Below, piece after piece: positions 1 through 13,101 of a stretch of 64,000 nucleotides of DNA. The notes beneath the pieces were generated by a model. The model was not told the DNA's origin. It did not search any database and saw nothing but the letters and a program-made list of their open reading frames with translations. The stretch is taken from assembly GCA_964016885.1 (NCBI GenBank), contig OZ024742.1:201128001-201192000 (forward strand), read 5' to 3'. The position numbers were made by a program, and so were the translations under genes. The first letter of the stretch is position 1; each line of letters opens with the position of its first letter. The DNA comes from Eledone cirrhosa (lineage: Eukaryota).

Positions 1-737
1 CCAATTTATCAGAACGTACAAGTGCCACTTCATACAGCTATATTCAGAATGTTCGTAGATACAACAGTCTACCACAGTAAACATATAATATGCTACTAAT
101 ATCACGTAATTACTACCTTTCTAGTAATATTGAAAACGTAAATAAAGATTTCAGTAAAATGAAATAATAGGTACCAGTTTAGTCATTTACACTTTAACGT
201 ACTGGGTACCTGGCTATTTACAGTTCAGTATGCGACTTTCATTTGTGGCGTTTTTGTTGATTGCACTTTTGTATAGATAGGCAGGATAGAAGCACTTCTG
301 TCAAAAGAATAAAAATGTCAGCACAGGTATATTCATACCAGAAAATGTCACAAGACCACATCAGCTGAGGTCTCAGTAGACAAGTCAGACCACCACACAG
401 CGTAACCGATTCCTATATACAAGTACCGTGTTTGAAAATATTTCAGTAAATGAATTTTTTCCATCCCGTAAGAATTGGTAATAATCCAATTCACGGAACT
501 ACATCGAAAAATGCTTGTTTGCTTCAAAACAAAAAAATATATATAATAAAACAAAACATAATAATTACTTCTTTATTTGCCACAAGAAACCACAGACATT
601 AAACTGTAAATATTATAAACACGTGAAGTAACAGGAGAAACTCAATGCTATGAAAACGAGATTAAGGTCTAGTCTAAAATCTAGTCTATAGTCTGTCTCA
701 AGCCAGGAAACTCGTTAGGCCAGTGCTTATCTAGGAT

Positions 738-950
738 CCGTGGCGTGAAACCATTGAGAGTAGAAGACGCACCCCTGGACAGGACGCCAGTCCATCGTAG
801 GGTTAAATCTCCAGCTATTGCTGGTACTCATTTTCAGCTGAGTACACTGGAGCAACGTGAAATAAAGAAAACAACACACAACCCAGCCAGGAATCGGACA
901 CGACATTGTGATCGTGAGTCTGACACCCTTATCACTAGGCCACGTGACTC
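738..950 (-). mobile_element. tRNA-derived SINE (family 3)
   Basis: Minus strand begins with A-box-like TGGCCTAGTGATAAG and a degenerate B box, followed by a SINE-type core (actcagctgaaaatgagtacc...cgatggactggcgtcctgtccagg). Confidence 0.6.
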
Positions 951-1464
951 CTTTATTATACAAGAGACGGATTACAATTTCGCAAATCACGAAAGTTTTA
1001 AAAAGCATAATAATTAACACAAGTTATAATGCATAATATAAAAAAAAACATTCAGGGCTACCCACTGAAGGTGGGACCCATTAGTTAAGTACAGTTAGAA
1101 CACGCTATATTTAAACTCATCAGCTATGAATTACATAATTCCAAGGGTTCACCGTTCCATTCTGTTCAGCCTACACCCTTCTCCTATCCAGAAGCATTTA
1201 CTGGTGGTTTTATCAATATAGACATCTACATCTACTGGACAAAAGTACCTTATCTTATGTATTCTTATTTTGTCATTAGACATAAAAGACTTTCCCCCTG
1301 AAGTTCTCGGTTTCAATCACCCAATTCCGTGTCCATTCACATATTGCATGCGGTAACCTTCTCCACATTTATAAAATATATGACGAGAATGTATTTCTAA
1401 GAAACTTACAGTTTAATTTTTTTTAAAAAGATATTTGACATAAAACATCAACAAGATTAATAAT

Positions 1465-2240
1465 AATGGTTTCTGATATAGGCACATGGCCAGCAATTTC
1501 GGATGATGGGAAAGTCGATTAAATCGAGCGCAGTGTGTTACTGGTGCTTTATTTCATTGACCCCGTAAAAATGAAAAGCAGAGCTAACCTCGGCGGAATT
1601 TTAAATCAGAACGTAAAGAACCATAACTTTATGTCTCAAAGTTTGTTCGACGCTCTAAAGATACTGCCAAACCACCGCCTTAAAATTAATAATAATGATA
1701 ATAATTGTTTCTACTTTTGGCACAAGGCCAGCAATTACCCAGTGTATTACTGGTACTTTATTTTATCGACTCCGTAAGGATGAAAGGCAAAGTTAACCTC
1801 GGCGGGATTTGAACTCAGAATGGCAAAGGCCGTAACTCTATGCGTCAAAGCATGGCGTCCGACCCTCTACCGATATTGCCAATCCACCACCCTTGTAATA
1901 ATAATGATAATAATTGTTTCTACTTTAGGCACAAGGCCAGCAATTACCCAGTGGATTACTGGTACTTTATTTTATCGACCCCGTAAGGATGAAAGGCAAA
2001 GTCAACCTCGGGGGGATTTGAACTCAGATCGTAAAGGGACGTAACTATGCTGGAAAGCATGGCGTCCGACCCTCTACCGATACTGCCAATCCACAATGGT
2101 TTCTGATTTAGACACAAGGTCAACAATTTTTGTGGGAGGGAAAAGGCGATTAAATCGACCACAGTACAATACTGGTGTTTTATTTATCGCCCCATTAAGG
2201 ATGCAGGGCAAAGATAACCTCGGCGGGATTTGAACTCAGA
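1465..2240 (-). mobile_element. Tandem cluster of ~190-bp tRNA-derived SINEs (family 1)
   Basis: Repeated units with A box TGGCAGTATCGG, B box GAGTTCAAATCC and core ctttgcctttcatccttacggggtcgataaaataaagtaccag, separated by (AAT)n. Confidence 0.85.
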
Positions 2241-2242
2241 AC

Positions 2243-3559
2243 TTTGCTACGGGCCACATATTTCCCTTGCAGAGGTTTCTGCTCCCAATTTGATGCTAAT
2301 TGTCCTTGCCCTTTTTGCTTTTGCCAGTGATTTTATGTGCCTAGCAGCATCCGTTGCAACAGTTTCTATACCGTAATTCTATACCGCAAAGCATGTTGTC
2401 CGATGCCCAACCGATACTGCCAATCCACAATAATGATAATAATAATAATTACCCAGTGTAGATATTCGCCAAATCTGTCATGTCTATATTTGTATTCTAC
2501 TGGTGCTAAAACTTTACATCCAGAGACTAAGTGATCCACTGTCTCAACCTCAGCATTGCAGAATCGGCACTTTGGGTTTATTGCGTTTCTCATCACACTG
2601 GCCTGGTAATTACGAGTCAATAAACTTTGATCTTGGGCAGCTAAGATGTAGCCTTCACTCTCCGCCTTTAGCCCTACGTAGCCACTACGTAGCCACTGAT
2701 GGGTGTGCTTTTGGTCAACACCAGCTTGTTTGCTACGGGCCACATATTTCCCTTGCAGAGGTTTCTGCTCCCAATTTGATGCTAATTGTCCTTGCCCTTT
2801 TTGCTTTTGCCAGTGATTTTATGTGCCTAGCAGCATCCGTTGCAACAGTTTCTTTAGTCTGTCCAGCCTGGGTATCAAGCATGAGTTCAGTAGCATATTT
2901 TTTGCTCTCCTTCAAGATAGAATGAAGCTTCTTATTTATCTCATGCTTTTCAACAAGTTTCAGCATACAGTCGTTAGTTGTTTCAAGGTATTTGGCCAGA
3001 GTTTAAGCAAGTTCAAATTGGATCTGCTTTTGGGTGGTGCATCCTATTTCAGGTCAGTAGCTTACGGACGTTGGTGCCGATTCTTTTGATTTCACTCATA
3101 TTCCAGTTCAACACACCGAAGCTATAAGTGACAATGGGACTGCCAAGGAATTTACGGCTAGCACCTTGTTACGAGCGTTTAGTTCTGATCTCAGAACTGC
3201 ACGTACTCTCCTGTAACATTCTTTCCTTATCCACTCTTTCATACTTGCATGCTGTATGCCAGAGCCCTCATTAATCAATAAGTATTTATAGGTTTGTTCC
3301 TGCTCAAGTTTCTTTATGATTGTTTCAGCATCCAATTCAACTGAGTCTCAGTTGACAAGCTTTCCCTTCTTGAAAGTGGCTTTTGCACACTTGTCAAGTC
3401 CAAACTCCATCCTGATGACACCATTTTTGCTGTCCGCAAAAGGCCTTCCAGTTCGTCATTATCTTTGCAATATAGCTTAAAATCATCCATATAAAATAGG
3501 TGGCTTATTTTTTTTTTGTCAATTCTATAACCGTACCCTGTTCTATTAAAGTCTCTGGA
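2243..3559 (-). mobile_element. R4/Dong-like non-LTR retrotransposon fragment (RT C-terminus to CCHC finger), degenerate
   Basis: Broken frames give HLFYMDDFKLY, MEFGLDKCAKA, AAQDQSLLTRNY, CRFC..ETVDHLVSGC and RHD. 2243-2367 duplicates ~2730-2852. Confidence 0.85.
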
Positions 3560-4200
3560 TGTAAAGTTTTAGCACCAGTAGAATACAAATATAGACTTGA
3601 CAGAGTTGGCCAATATCTACACTGGGTAATATGTCGGCATTACAAAATCAAAGCTGAAGACAAGTGGTAAAATCATTACCCCGAGGCTGTAACAATTCTC
3701 TGGGACTTTCCTGTACATACTGACAGGACGATAAAAGGTCTGTTTATTGATAGATATGAGCACCCCATGTGATCACAATATCGCGGCAAAAGAATTTGAC
3801 AAGCTACGAAAATATAAAGATCTGCTTATTGAAATTGAGAAAATGTGGCACCTCAAGGCCGTTACAATGCCAATGATTGTGGGAGGACTGGGAAGGATCA
3901 AGAAAGGAACAGAACAATATTTGCGAATGATTCCTGGTTTACCCTCTCTGCACGAGCTACAAAAATTGTTTTGACTGGTACTGCACACGTGTTGAGAAGA
4001 GCACTATCTCTGTAAGATTGATATCCCTCCTTGTATTTACATATGCATATGCACATGTGTATATATGTATACTATAATGTGCTGTATTAATTGGCTTACC
4101 AATGCACACTGTGAATTTATTTGCCCTAGGTGTCAAGAAGATACTCGGCATATATCTCAGAAACAATAATTAAAGAAAATAAAAATAATAATAATAATAA
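3560..4200 (+). mobile_element. R4/Dong-like 3' end (restriction-like endonuclease domain) ending in (AAT)n
   Basis: ORF 3747-3974 IDMSTP..K.RKYKDL..EIEKMW..PMIVGGLG, with an (AAT)n flank at ~4185-4200. Confidence 0.85.
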
Positions 4201-4469
4201 TCATTTTTTTTTCAACGTGATGGTGTCATGCTAAAATTACCGGTGGTGATGCAACCATAAATTCACTAATTTTCGATATGAGTGTTTAAATGTCGAACAT
4301 AAAAAGTTCGAATAACGGTGAAAAGGAGGCTGGAACGTCATGTGAAAGACTCTCACCCAGCAAGGGTTCCCTGGCCCAGCAGCAGGGACCTGGCTGTCAT
4401 CAAAATACTGCTGGTGTTGGAGGAAGAAGAAGGAATGAGACAGAACCAACTGGACGAAAGAGCATATAT

Positions 4470-4995
4470 GCAAACTAAACAGTTTACCACATTCTGAGAA
4501 GTGTTATGAGCATAAGCCAGAGTGCTGGTAGAAGACGATCAAGTGAAGATGCTATGGGATTTTAGGGTACAGACCGACAAGAAACTGGAACACAATAGGC
4601 CTGACCTGGTGGTTTTTAACAAGGAAAAAAGATCATGCCTGATTGTAGATGTAGCCTGCTCATTTGACACGAGAGTGCAAGAGAAGGAGAGGGAGAAAAT
4701 TAACCGATACCAGGATTTAAAGTGGGAGTTAAAAAGGATTTGGAACTGCCATGAGATCAAGGTCGTCTCGATTGTCATAGGAGCACTAGGTACTATCTCA
4801 AAGAGTTTCCAAGGATGGTTAAAGAACATTAGTCAAGCTCCGTTTTGTGGAACACTTCAAAAGGCATGCTTGCTGGGAACAGCAAGACCCCCCGATCAGT
4901 CCTGAATATCTAAGGCTGCAGATAGCGGCTTGATATTCATTTCAACGAACTTTCAAGTTAAATAACATCAATGACTGAGACTCAAAGAATAATAA
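4470..4995 (+). mobile_element. R4/Dong-like 3' fragment (RLE domain)
   Basis: ORF 4522-4905 LWDFRVQTD..HNRPDLVV..IVDVAC..EK..RYQDL is a PD-(D/E)xK nuclease. It ends at (AAT)n and is close in sequence to 38350-38707. Confidence 0.85.
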
Positions 4996-5109
4996 TAATA
5001 ATTATTATTTCTACTTTAGGCACAAGGCCAGCAATTACCCAGTGCATTACTGGTACTTTCTTTTATCGACCCCGTAAGGATAAAAGGCAAAGTCAACCTC
5101 GGCGGGATT

Positions 5110-5144
<35 letters not shown>

Positions 5145-5145
<1 letters not shown>

Positions 5146-5385
5146 TTTTCTTTATTAACCACAAGGGTTCACATAAAGTATAACATTAAGGACAGCACAA
5201 GACGGTAAAGGACGGTACAAATTGGTATTTCTGTGTGTAAAGAAAAAAACAAAGGAAATGACAAAAAAGGAAACAAAGGAAAATTCCCCAATAGGGGGGG
5301 GGGGGGGCGACTTCCGTTGGATACTCGTGGAGAAAGCCCATTAAAAAAGCCACGGTGACCCTGACCACCAGGGAAAGTGCCCTAT
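5145..5385 (-). mobile_element. Tx1-like LINE 3' UTR remnant
   Basis: Begins tttctttattaaccacaagggt, like the 3' ends of the Tx1 copies at ~16962, ~17937 and ~19256. Confidence 0.5.
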
Positions 5386-5589
5386 AATAATAATAAGCGC
5401 CATAGGGCTGGAACACTTGATGGACAGAGCAAGTGTGACAGGAGTGGAGCTGTCAGCACCTCACCTCAGAGAGTAAAGGCGTCCACAAGCCCTCGTCATT
5501 CAGCTGTGCCATAAAATAAACCACAGGTTTATAGCCGTAACAAAAGTAAAACGACGCAATGAAACCCAGTCTAATCGGGTTGGGCGCTA

Positions 5590-7960
5590 TAAAATAGACT
5601 AAAAACAATGCGAATAGAACACATTGTACTCTGCAAATAAGAACATTTTCTTTAGAACCCTGTCAGGGGAAATGGCAGAGAAGTTACACTAATGCTGAAG
5701 AATTCACTCAATTTTGATCAAATCTATGGGGAATTTCAAAAATGATTAACAAAGATCCGAGATAAATAAATGAAGTCGAGCATAACTTATCTAAAGAACC
5801 AAAACAGAGATGTGAAAGAATTTCAAATGAGAACGTTCAAGATCAAGTTAGGAAAATGCCAAATTGGGAATCCGGACCGGATGGGACCCAAGGATTCTGA
5901 TTTAAATGTGTTCATTCAAGGCTAAGGAAGCACCTAACTTATAGTGTAGTACAAGGTAAAGCTCCAAGCTGGATGGTTGAAGGAAAGACAACTTTGATAA
6001 TGAAGAATAAAATGAAAGGTTCGTTAGCTGGAAATTATAGGCCAATTGATTGCTTGTATTTGCTTTCGAAGCTGTTGACTGGCATCTTTGCTGCAAAAAT
6101 TGATGATCACTTATTTCAGAATGAGATGCTATCTTTTGAGTAGAAGGGGTTTAGGAAAAATTCCCAGGGAACCAAAGACCATCTTGCTGTTGAAAAGGTG
6201 ATCAAGTATAAATGCAAAAGACGTCTCAAGAATGTATGCATGGGTTGGATAAACTTTAAGAAACTTTTAACATGATCCCACGTTCATGAGTGCTGAAATG
6301 TTGGAGAACATTTGGGATAGCAGAATGTATTATTAATGTAATAGAATCTAGCATGCCTTTGTGGAAGACCTGTATGAAGGAGATAACATCTAAGACTGAT
6401 CAATATAAGAAGAGAAATATTTCAATGAGATTCTTTCTCACCATTACACTTTGATTACCTTTATTCCATTATCACTATTCTTACGGGATACAGATATTGG
6501 CTATCACATGGAGCACGGAGAACCTAAGATCAATCATAGACTTTTTATGGATGATCTGAAGATCATTGATAGGAATGAATCTCAAAATGACTCATTGGTC
6601 AAAACTATCCACTAGTGTTGCATGGATATAGGGTTGTGTGCCATCCTAAATATGAAGAGGGGTAGGCATGTACATAGTGGTGGGATTGAGTTACCTGTTG
6701 GAGAGTCGATTGGAAACCCTGAGGATAGTCGGAAAAAAAAGTATTTCTAAATAGGTTAGGACTGCTACCGAAAAAGAAATAAAATGGGAAGAATTTAATT
6801 ACCGGTATCAATGTCTGAGCTATGTCAGCTATTAGATATATGGTAGCTATTTTGATTTGGACCAAAGAAGAAATAGATAAGTTTGGATAACCCATAAGAA
6901 AATTGTTGGCACCGGTGTATTTCACCGAAAGGAAATGTCATCAGGCACTGTACAACACGGAATGTAGGAGGTCGAGGACTTGTAAGTAGGAAAGATTGCG
7001 TGGCTAAGAAATGAAGGTCCTTAAATACGTATTTCGTGAGTAATAAAGAACTTTTAAGTTATGTTGCCAAAAACAGAGGCCTTTGCATTGAAACCATTGA
7101 AAGTAAATAGAATTACAAAACAGCCCGCTGGCTTAGAAGCTGACACACGGGAGAGTGTGGAATTTCATGATCAATTTGAAAGATAAATGAAGGAAGTACA
7201 AGTAGTATCTTCGTGGAATTGGTTGGCAAAAGATGATCTTAATAGAGAGAGACATAAAGTTTATTAATAGCTGCCCAAGATCAAGGACGAAACACAACTG
7301 ATGAACCCAGATGAAGGAAATAACTGTAGGTTATAAGGGAAATTGTGACACACATCGAGAGTGCCTGGGGCATGCCTGCACAGATGAAATATAAAAAGTG
7401 TCACGATAAATTGTGCTTACACATCCATTGGTCTTTATACAAGAAATATGGGTTTGCAACTACTGAGAAATGTTATCAGCAGAAACCAGAGAGGGTCCTA
7501 GTAAATCAGACAGTGGAACTCTTGTGGGACTTAACAATCCAGACAAATAGATTTCTTGAAAATACATGGCTTGACATAGCTTTGATGGTCAAAGTTACTG
7601 AAAAGAGGTGTTGTTGATCGATGTAGATTGTCCAGGAGACAATGATGTCAACGGTAAAAAAAAACCTACAAAACAATTAAATTGTAAATTATTCAGACCT
7701 GAAAATAGATGTCAAGGGAATGTGGAATGTGAGAACAGGAGTGGTACTATTTGTGACTGGAGAACTTGAGTTGGTGACAGAAACACCTTCATAGAATTGG
7801 AATCAGCCCCAGTAATACAACATTGTAGAAAACAAAACATTTTGGAACAGCAAATATCCCGTGGAAAGTACTGTCTATCTGAAGTTACATAACTTGGTAG
7901 AAATTCAATTAAATGATCCAATGTTAATAGGATCATCACTGTGCAAATGAATATGAATAA
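5590..7960 (+). mobile_element. Old, heavily decayed R4/Dong-like LINE
   Basis: Fragmentary RT and RLE motifs (NYRPI, FMDDLK, AAQDQ, LLWDLTIQT) with many stops and frameshifts. Confidence 0.75.
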
Positions 7961-8004
7961 TAAGCAAAATCATTGACCTATAAATATACAGAGCATGTAG
8001 TTAC

Positions 8005-8465
8005 CTCAGCACGTTCATCTTCCTCCTGCATTCTGTTTGCAATATACTTCACCCCTTCAATGACTTCATGTATCTCGGGAGCATGTCGCGTTGCCGCAGC
8101 TTGAGCATTCGCCATATCCTGGTCGTCGATATGTAATGTGTGGGGGCGAGGTCGGTGGTGGCGGAGGCGCCTCAAGCGGTTGGCAGTCGTGGCGGGCTGC
8201 ATATTCTTGAAACGAGACCAGTGACGGGCTACGGTGTACGTCTCACGGACTTCAACTCCACTACACGTACGGACCGCAACTTGGGATTTGCACCGCGGCT
8301 GGGGACGTTTTAACATAAGAATTTTAGGGAGAATTTCCGTGAATATTCGCCGTACCCACGGTCTCATTTTGTGTGTGGTTGGAGCTCTGTAGTTCATATG
8401 TAGTGTGAACACTGTCATGAATATTGACATGGCCACTACAACCATTGTAAACATTAAGTATTTGC
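8005..8465 (-). CDS. Nicotinic acetylcholine receptor alpha subunit, exon encoding M3 and the cytoplasmic loop (461 bp)
   Basis: ctctgcag acceptor and GTaact donor. Reads (G)KYLMFTMVVVAMSIFMTVFTLHMNYRAPTTHKMRPWVRRIFTEILPKILMLKRP...EVIEGVKYIANRMQEEDERAE. Phase matches the upstream exon. Confidence 0.95.
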
Positions 8466-8683
8466 CTGCAGAGAATTATAAAAAGAGAAAAAGGAATATA
8501 GATTAATTGAAGATGATGGTGATGGTGATGAGAAAGAGAAGCAGGAGAAAATGAAGGAAGAAAGGGTGGAGGAGGTGAAGGCGGATGAACTGAAGTGATT
8601 AGTTACAATATGTATGCACGTGGACTCCATAGTGTTTTGTGAATGTAGATATGTATATATATATAAATACATATATATGTATA

Positions 8684-8727
<44 letters not shown>

Positions 8728-9163
8728 TTATATATATAGGGCTTCCCTCCCTTGCTGAACCCCACGTGGATTTAGTAACGGGTCCTTCTGTATATTCGAA
8801 CGAAATGCCTGTTGAGAAAGTGGTTTTCCTCGTTCATATTTTTGCCAGAAGCCGAATATTTTTTATGTAAACTGACGGTAACTGATTTAGGAACCGCAGA
8901 AACCAAAAAGCTGGAATTTACCATCATTCTAGCAGGCCCGCGTAAAGATTTTTCATTCATTTATATTATTATTTGTCTGACCCGAATTTTCCTGGTCGTT
9001 CTTTTCGGCTGTGCGAGTGATTTTAAGCATTGTCTCCGTGTGTTGGTATTTAAACGATAGTTATAGCTCTGGTTTATCCAAACTATTGAGCCCTTTGCCA
9101 CACATTTCGAAGATTGTGTTTCGTTATTTCGTGGGCCGAAATTCCGATTCTCGATAATTTATT

Positions 9164-9236
<73 letters not shown>

Positions 9237-9254
9237 CTTACTTACTAAAATATC

Positions 9255-9337
9255 ACTTCCAACTAATTAGTTTCTGGAATGGAGTAAATATATTTTCCGA
9301 AGAATAATATGGAGAAGCATTCCGTCGTCAGGAAAGT
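9255..9337 (-). ncRNA. Type I hammerhead ribozyme (mirror copy)
   Basis: Reverse complement of 9763-9845. Confidence 0.8.
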
Positions 9338-9762
9338 TTATTCTCATGTAAGTTTCCAGGCAAAGCGAGGACACTGGAAACTTATTAAAAAATAATTCAG
9401 TGGATAGGAAATAGCGAAGCGTCGACTGAATTCCAAGCCATTGAGAAAATCACTGCCTCTACGTCTGTGGCAAATTCAAAAAGAATCGAACACGTGACAT
9501 CAAGGTCAATCAGTGGAAAGTGGTTTGCTAATAAGACAGCGGCCAGTTGTAGGCAGGCCGCTGTCTTATTAGCAAACCACTTTCCACTGATTGACCTCGA
9601 TGTCACGTGTTCGATTCTTTTTGAATTTGCCACAGACGTAGAGGCAGTGATTTTCTCAATGGCTTGGAATTCAGTCGACGCTTCGCTATTTCCTATCCAC
9701 TGAATTATTTTTTAATAAGTTTCCAGTGTCCTCGCTTTGCCTGGAAACTTACATGAGAATAA

Positions 9763-9845
9763 ACTTTCCTGACGACGGAATGCTTCTCCATATTATTCTT
9801 CGGAAAATATATTTACTCCATTCCAGAAACTAATTAGTTGGAAGT
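9763..9845 (+). ncRNA. Type I hammerhead ribozyme
   Basis: ACTTTC-CTGACGA-c GGAATG...CATTCC a-GAAA-CTAATTAG-TT-GGAAGT. Palindromic stem III; predicted cut after 9839. Confidence 0.8.
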
Positions 9846-10010
9846 GATATTTTAGTAAGTAAGTTAATTTTATAATTTTCTTATTTTACGTCTCTTATAT
9901 TATTGTTCTGCAACCCCATGCATTGAACCACACTGTTATTAAGACAAAACCTATATATTTGCTAGCATTGATATGCATCTGTATATATATGTTACTAGAT
10001 ATGAATTCTT

Positions 10011-10050
<40 letters not shown>

Positions 10051-11027
10051 TATATATAATATATATATATATAATATATATATATATATATTAAAATTGC
10101 GCGCATGTATGCATGTAATTCAACATGGCAACGTTGTCTGAATCAGATAGTGAAAATAAATCTCTCTACTAAGGAACATTTGTTGTCTGCTCAATATCTG
10201 GTGTTAAGCCTATCACTGCAGTTCTTCCGTTTGTAATCAGCTATACTGTAGCAAGTTTAGACATATAGATTCAATCTTTCCGTCGGTTGTCTGTTAATAA
10301 AGGGCGATTGTTATCCAAGTATGACATCTATATCAATATATAATCAATTTTATGATATTAAGATGCTTATTCTGCCAGAAACTGAACAAGACCACTGAGC
10401 TGTAGAAAACGGCAAAAAGCTGTGTTGGACTGCTTAAACATATTGTTTCGTTTAGAAACTACATTCTTTTTGTGGCTTTATTTTTTTATTTTTCTTCTTG
10501 TAAGAATCGACATAGTCGATAATACCAGTATTTTGAACGAAAATTTACTGCATATCGAGGCTCTATTTAGATAATATATTGGCAAAGAGTCATTAAAGCA
10601 GAGTACAAGATGCATTATGATATTTGTGGCCGGTCTCAGTGCTCTAGATTCAAATTCTAGGGAAGACAATTTTGCATTTTCTATTTTAGGAGTCGATAAA
10701 TAAAACCAATCTATGGTAGTTGACTCGCGGAAATGTTAGAATGTTGGGCGAGATGTCTTTTGGTATTTATTCGGGTTTACTACCCACTGTAGAATTTATT
10801 CGGGTTCACATTTCTCAATATTGCACACTATCATCAGGGCATTTGGTGCCTTTAGCAGAGTCCAGTCTCGTGAATGCATGCATACCTCTTCCAACCTTCC
10901 TTCCACATACATTAGTTCTTGAAGCCTTAAAAAGTGTTTTGATTAAACACCAAAACATTACAGGAGGCACAGTCATCGGTTAGATCATGTTCAATTCTTT
11001 AAATTTATAACCGCTATTGTAAGCATG

Positions 11028-11380
11028 GACGCAGTGTGACTAAATCGTTGAGGGGTTCGCTTCGAAATTATTAGCACCTAGGTTTGATTCCTCTGCATAG
11101 CAGTTTCGGCTGTCATTCATCATAGTCTTGACTCGACCAATGTCATGTGAGAGACATTGGGTAGTCGGAATCTGGTTGGGAGGCCGTCGGATAGATTGTA
11201 TCTGTGATTGAAATGGTCAGTTTCGTCACACACTGTGTCACCCCGAATCTCCCTGAGAATAAAGTTATAGGTAGATGTGCCTGTGGAATCCTCAGCCACG
11301 TGCACTTTAATTTCATGAGCCAGATGTTTCGTTGATCGAACAACTAGAAAACAATCATCATTGAAAGCAACGGAGTCTCT
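11028..11380 (+). mobile_element. SINE-like repeat (family 2)
   Basis: Degenerate tRNA-like head. Homologous to 35720-36060 (+) and 28410-29260 (-). Confidence 0.65.
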
Positions 11381-12091
11381 TACCATAAGTGGGGATTAGA
11401 TGCTCAGAATGCAGAACCACAATAGTGTTGGGATTTAGTAGGGAAGTTCCCCTTCATTTAAGCCATGAGCAGAACCTCCAAATGCTGAGTGCATGTCTAG
11501 AAAGTTTCCCAGGGTTAACATGAAGAGCTATTAATGTAATCAATAATTTGAATAATTACTCATTGATTGATGTTTGAGAGGATGAAAATAATTAATTCTA
11601 TGTGTTCCACTTGACAACATACAATTATATAAGAGAGAAAAGAAATAGTCATATCTCTCTCTCACTTACTCTCTTTCTCTTTCTTTCTTTCTCACTTCCT
11701 ATCTCTGTCTATCTCTCCCCACTTCTGTCTCACTGGTATAACCAATACGGACTGCCGTCGATTTCGACGTTGAGTGTAGCCATCGTTCGATGAAGGGAGC
11801 AGCCTACTCGGTAAATTAACGAAAGAATGACAGATTATTCTATAGCTACGTGTAAGTTTAACTCACAATGTTTGACAAAGCTGGCCAGTTGAACTAAATT
11901 CCTCTCTCTGTTGTCTGGCAAATTCTGCGTATGTATGCGCAATGATAAAGAAGAGTAGAACATAGGCTTTTCATTTGTGTATATTTATGTGTGTGTACGT
12001 GAGTGCATGTATGAGTGTGTGTTCTTCTATGTATGTATATATATATATAAATATATAGCAATGTACATATATATACATATAAATGTATGTA

Positions 12092-12156
<65 letters not shown>

Positions 12157-12305
12157 ATATATATTTATATATATATATATACATATATATACACACGTCT
12201 ACACAACAGATGCGTAATTCGTTTCCCGCCGCAAATGGTTCTGTCCAGTTCTTTTTCTCTGTCTTCAGGGGTTATTTTGACTGAATATTATTTATAGTTC
12301 ATCAA

Positions 12306-12700
12306 TGGCGGTGGATTGGCAGTATCGGGAGAGGGTCGGACGTCATGCTTTCCAGTATAATTACGTCCCTTTACGATCTGAGTTCAAATCCCGCCGAGGT
12401 TGACTTTGCCTTCCATCCTTACTGGGTCGATAAAATAAAGTACCAGTAATGCACTGGGTAATTTCTGGCCTTGTGCCTAAAGTAGAAACAATTATTTATT
12501 GTTCTTCAATGGTGGTGGATTGGCAGTATAGGTAGAGGGTCGGACACCATGCTTTGACGCATAGAATTACGGCCCTTTCCATTCTGAGTTCAAATCCCGC
12601 CGAGTTCAACTTTGCCTTTCATCCTTACGGGGTCGATAAAATAAAGTACCAGTAATGTACTGGATAATTGCTGGCCTTGTGCCAAAAGTAGAAACAATTA
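12306..12700 (+). mobile_element. Family 1 SINE dimer
   Basis: Two consecutive units, each with A box, B box and shared core. Confidence 0.85.
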
Positions 12701-12845
12701 TTTATAGTTCATCAGCATCGTACCATCTTTTCCAATAAGCAAACACATTTCGAAATATTTTCAATGCTTCTAAAAGCAAAACATAGATGTAAAGGTACAG
12801 AGATTCATAGATTCATAGGTAGTTGATAGTTAGACAGACAGACTG

Positions 12846-13016
<171 letters not shown>

Positions 13017-13101
13017 ACTTTGAATAACTTTGAAATGTTTTGGCCAGTATTGGCCCAGGCCATGTCTAACTTAATAGCACCACCTGGCGAAGTCTTTCAA
13101 T

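Larger units (their letters stand above)
9226..10010. mobile_element. Palindromic ribozyme-bearing non-coding element (Penelope pLTR-like) in (TA)n
   Basis: Arms 9226-9544 and 9556-9874 (one mismatch seen) with an 11-nt spacer. The right arm continues to ~10010 and is homologous to ~60236-60470. Confidence 0.85.

Noticed and set aside
1465-2240. Regularly spaced repeats resembling a CRISPR array
   Set aside because: The units are ~190-bp SINEs with Pol III boxes; there are no unique spacers or cas genes, and the DNA is eukaryotic.
1-8004. Terminal M4 exon of the receptor
   Set aside because: No DW..VAMV.DR-like frame was found by eye; it presumably lies left of the window.
9397-9703. Twin 78-aa ORFs on opposite strands as genes
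   Set aside because: They are a consequence of the palindrome, have non-ATG starts and show no recognisable domain.
10800-10845. Minus-strand CTGATGA...GAAA motif
   Set aside because: No UH cleavage site or stem I partner could be found.
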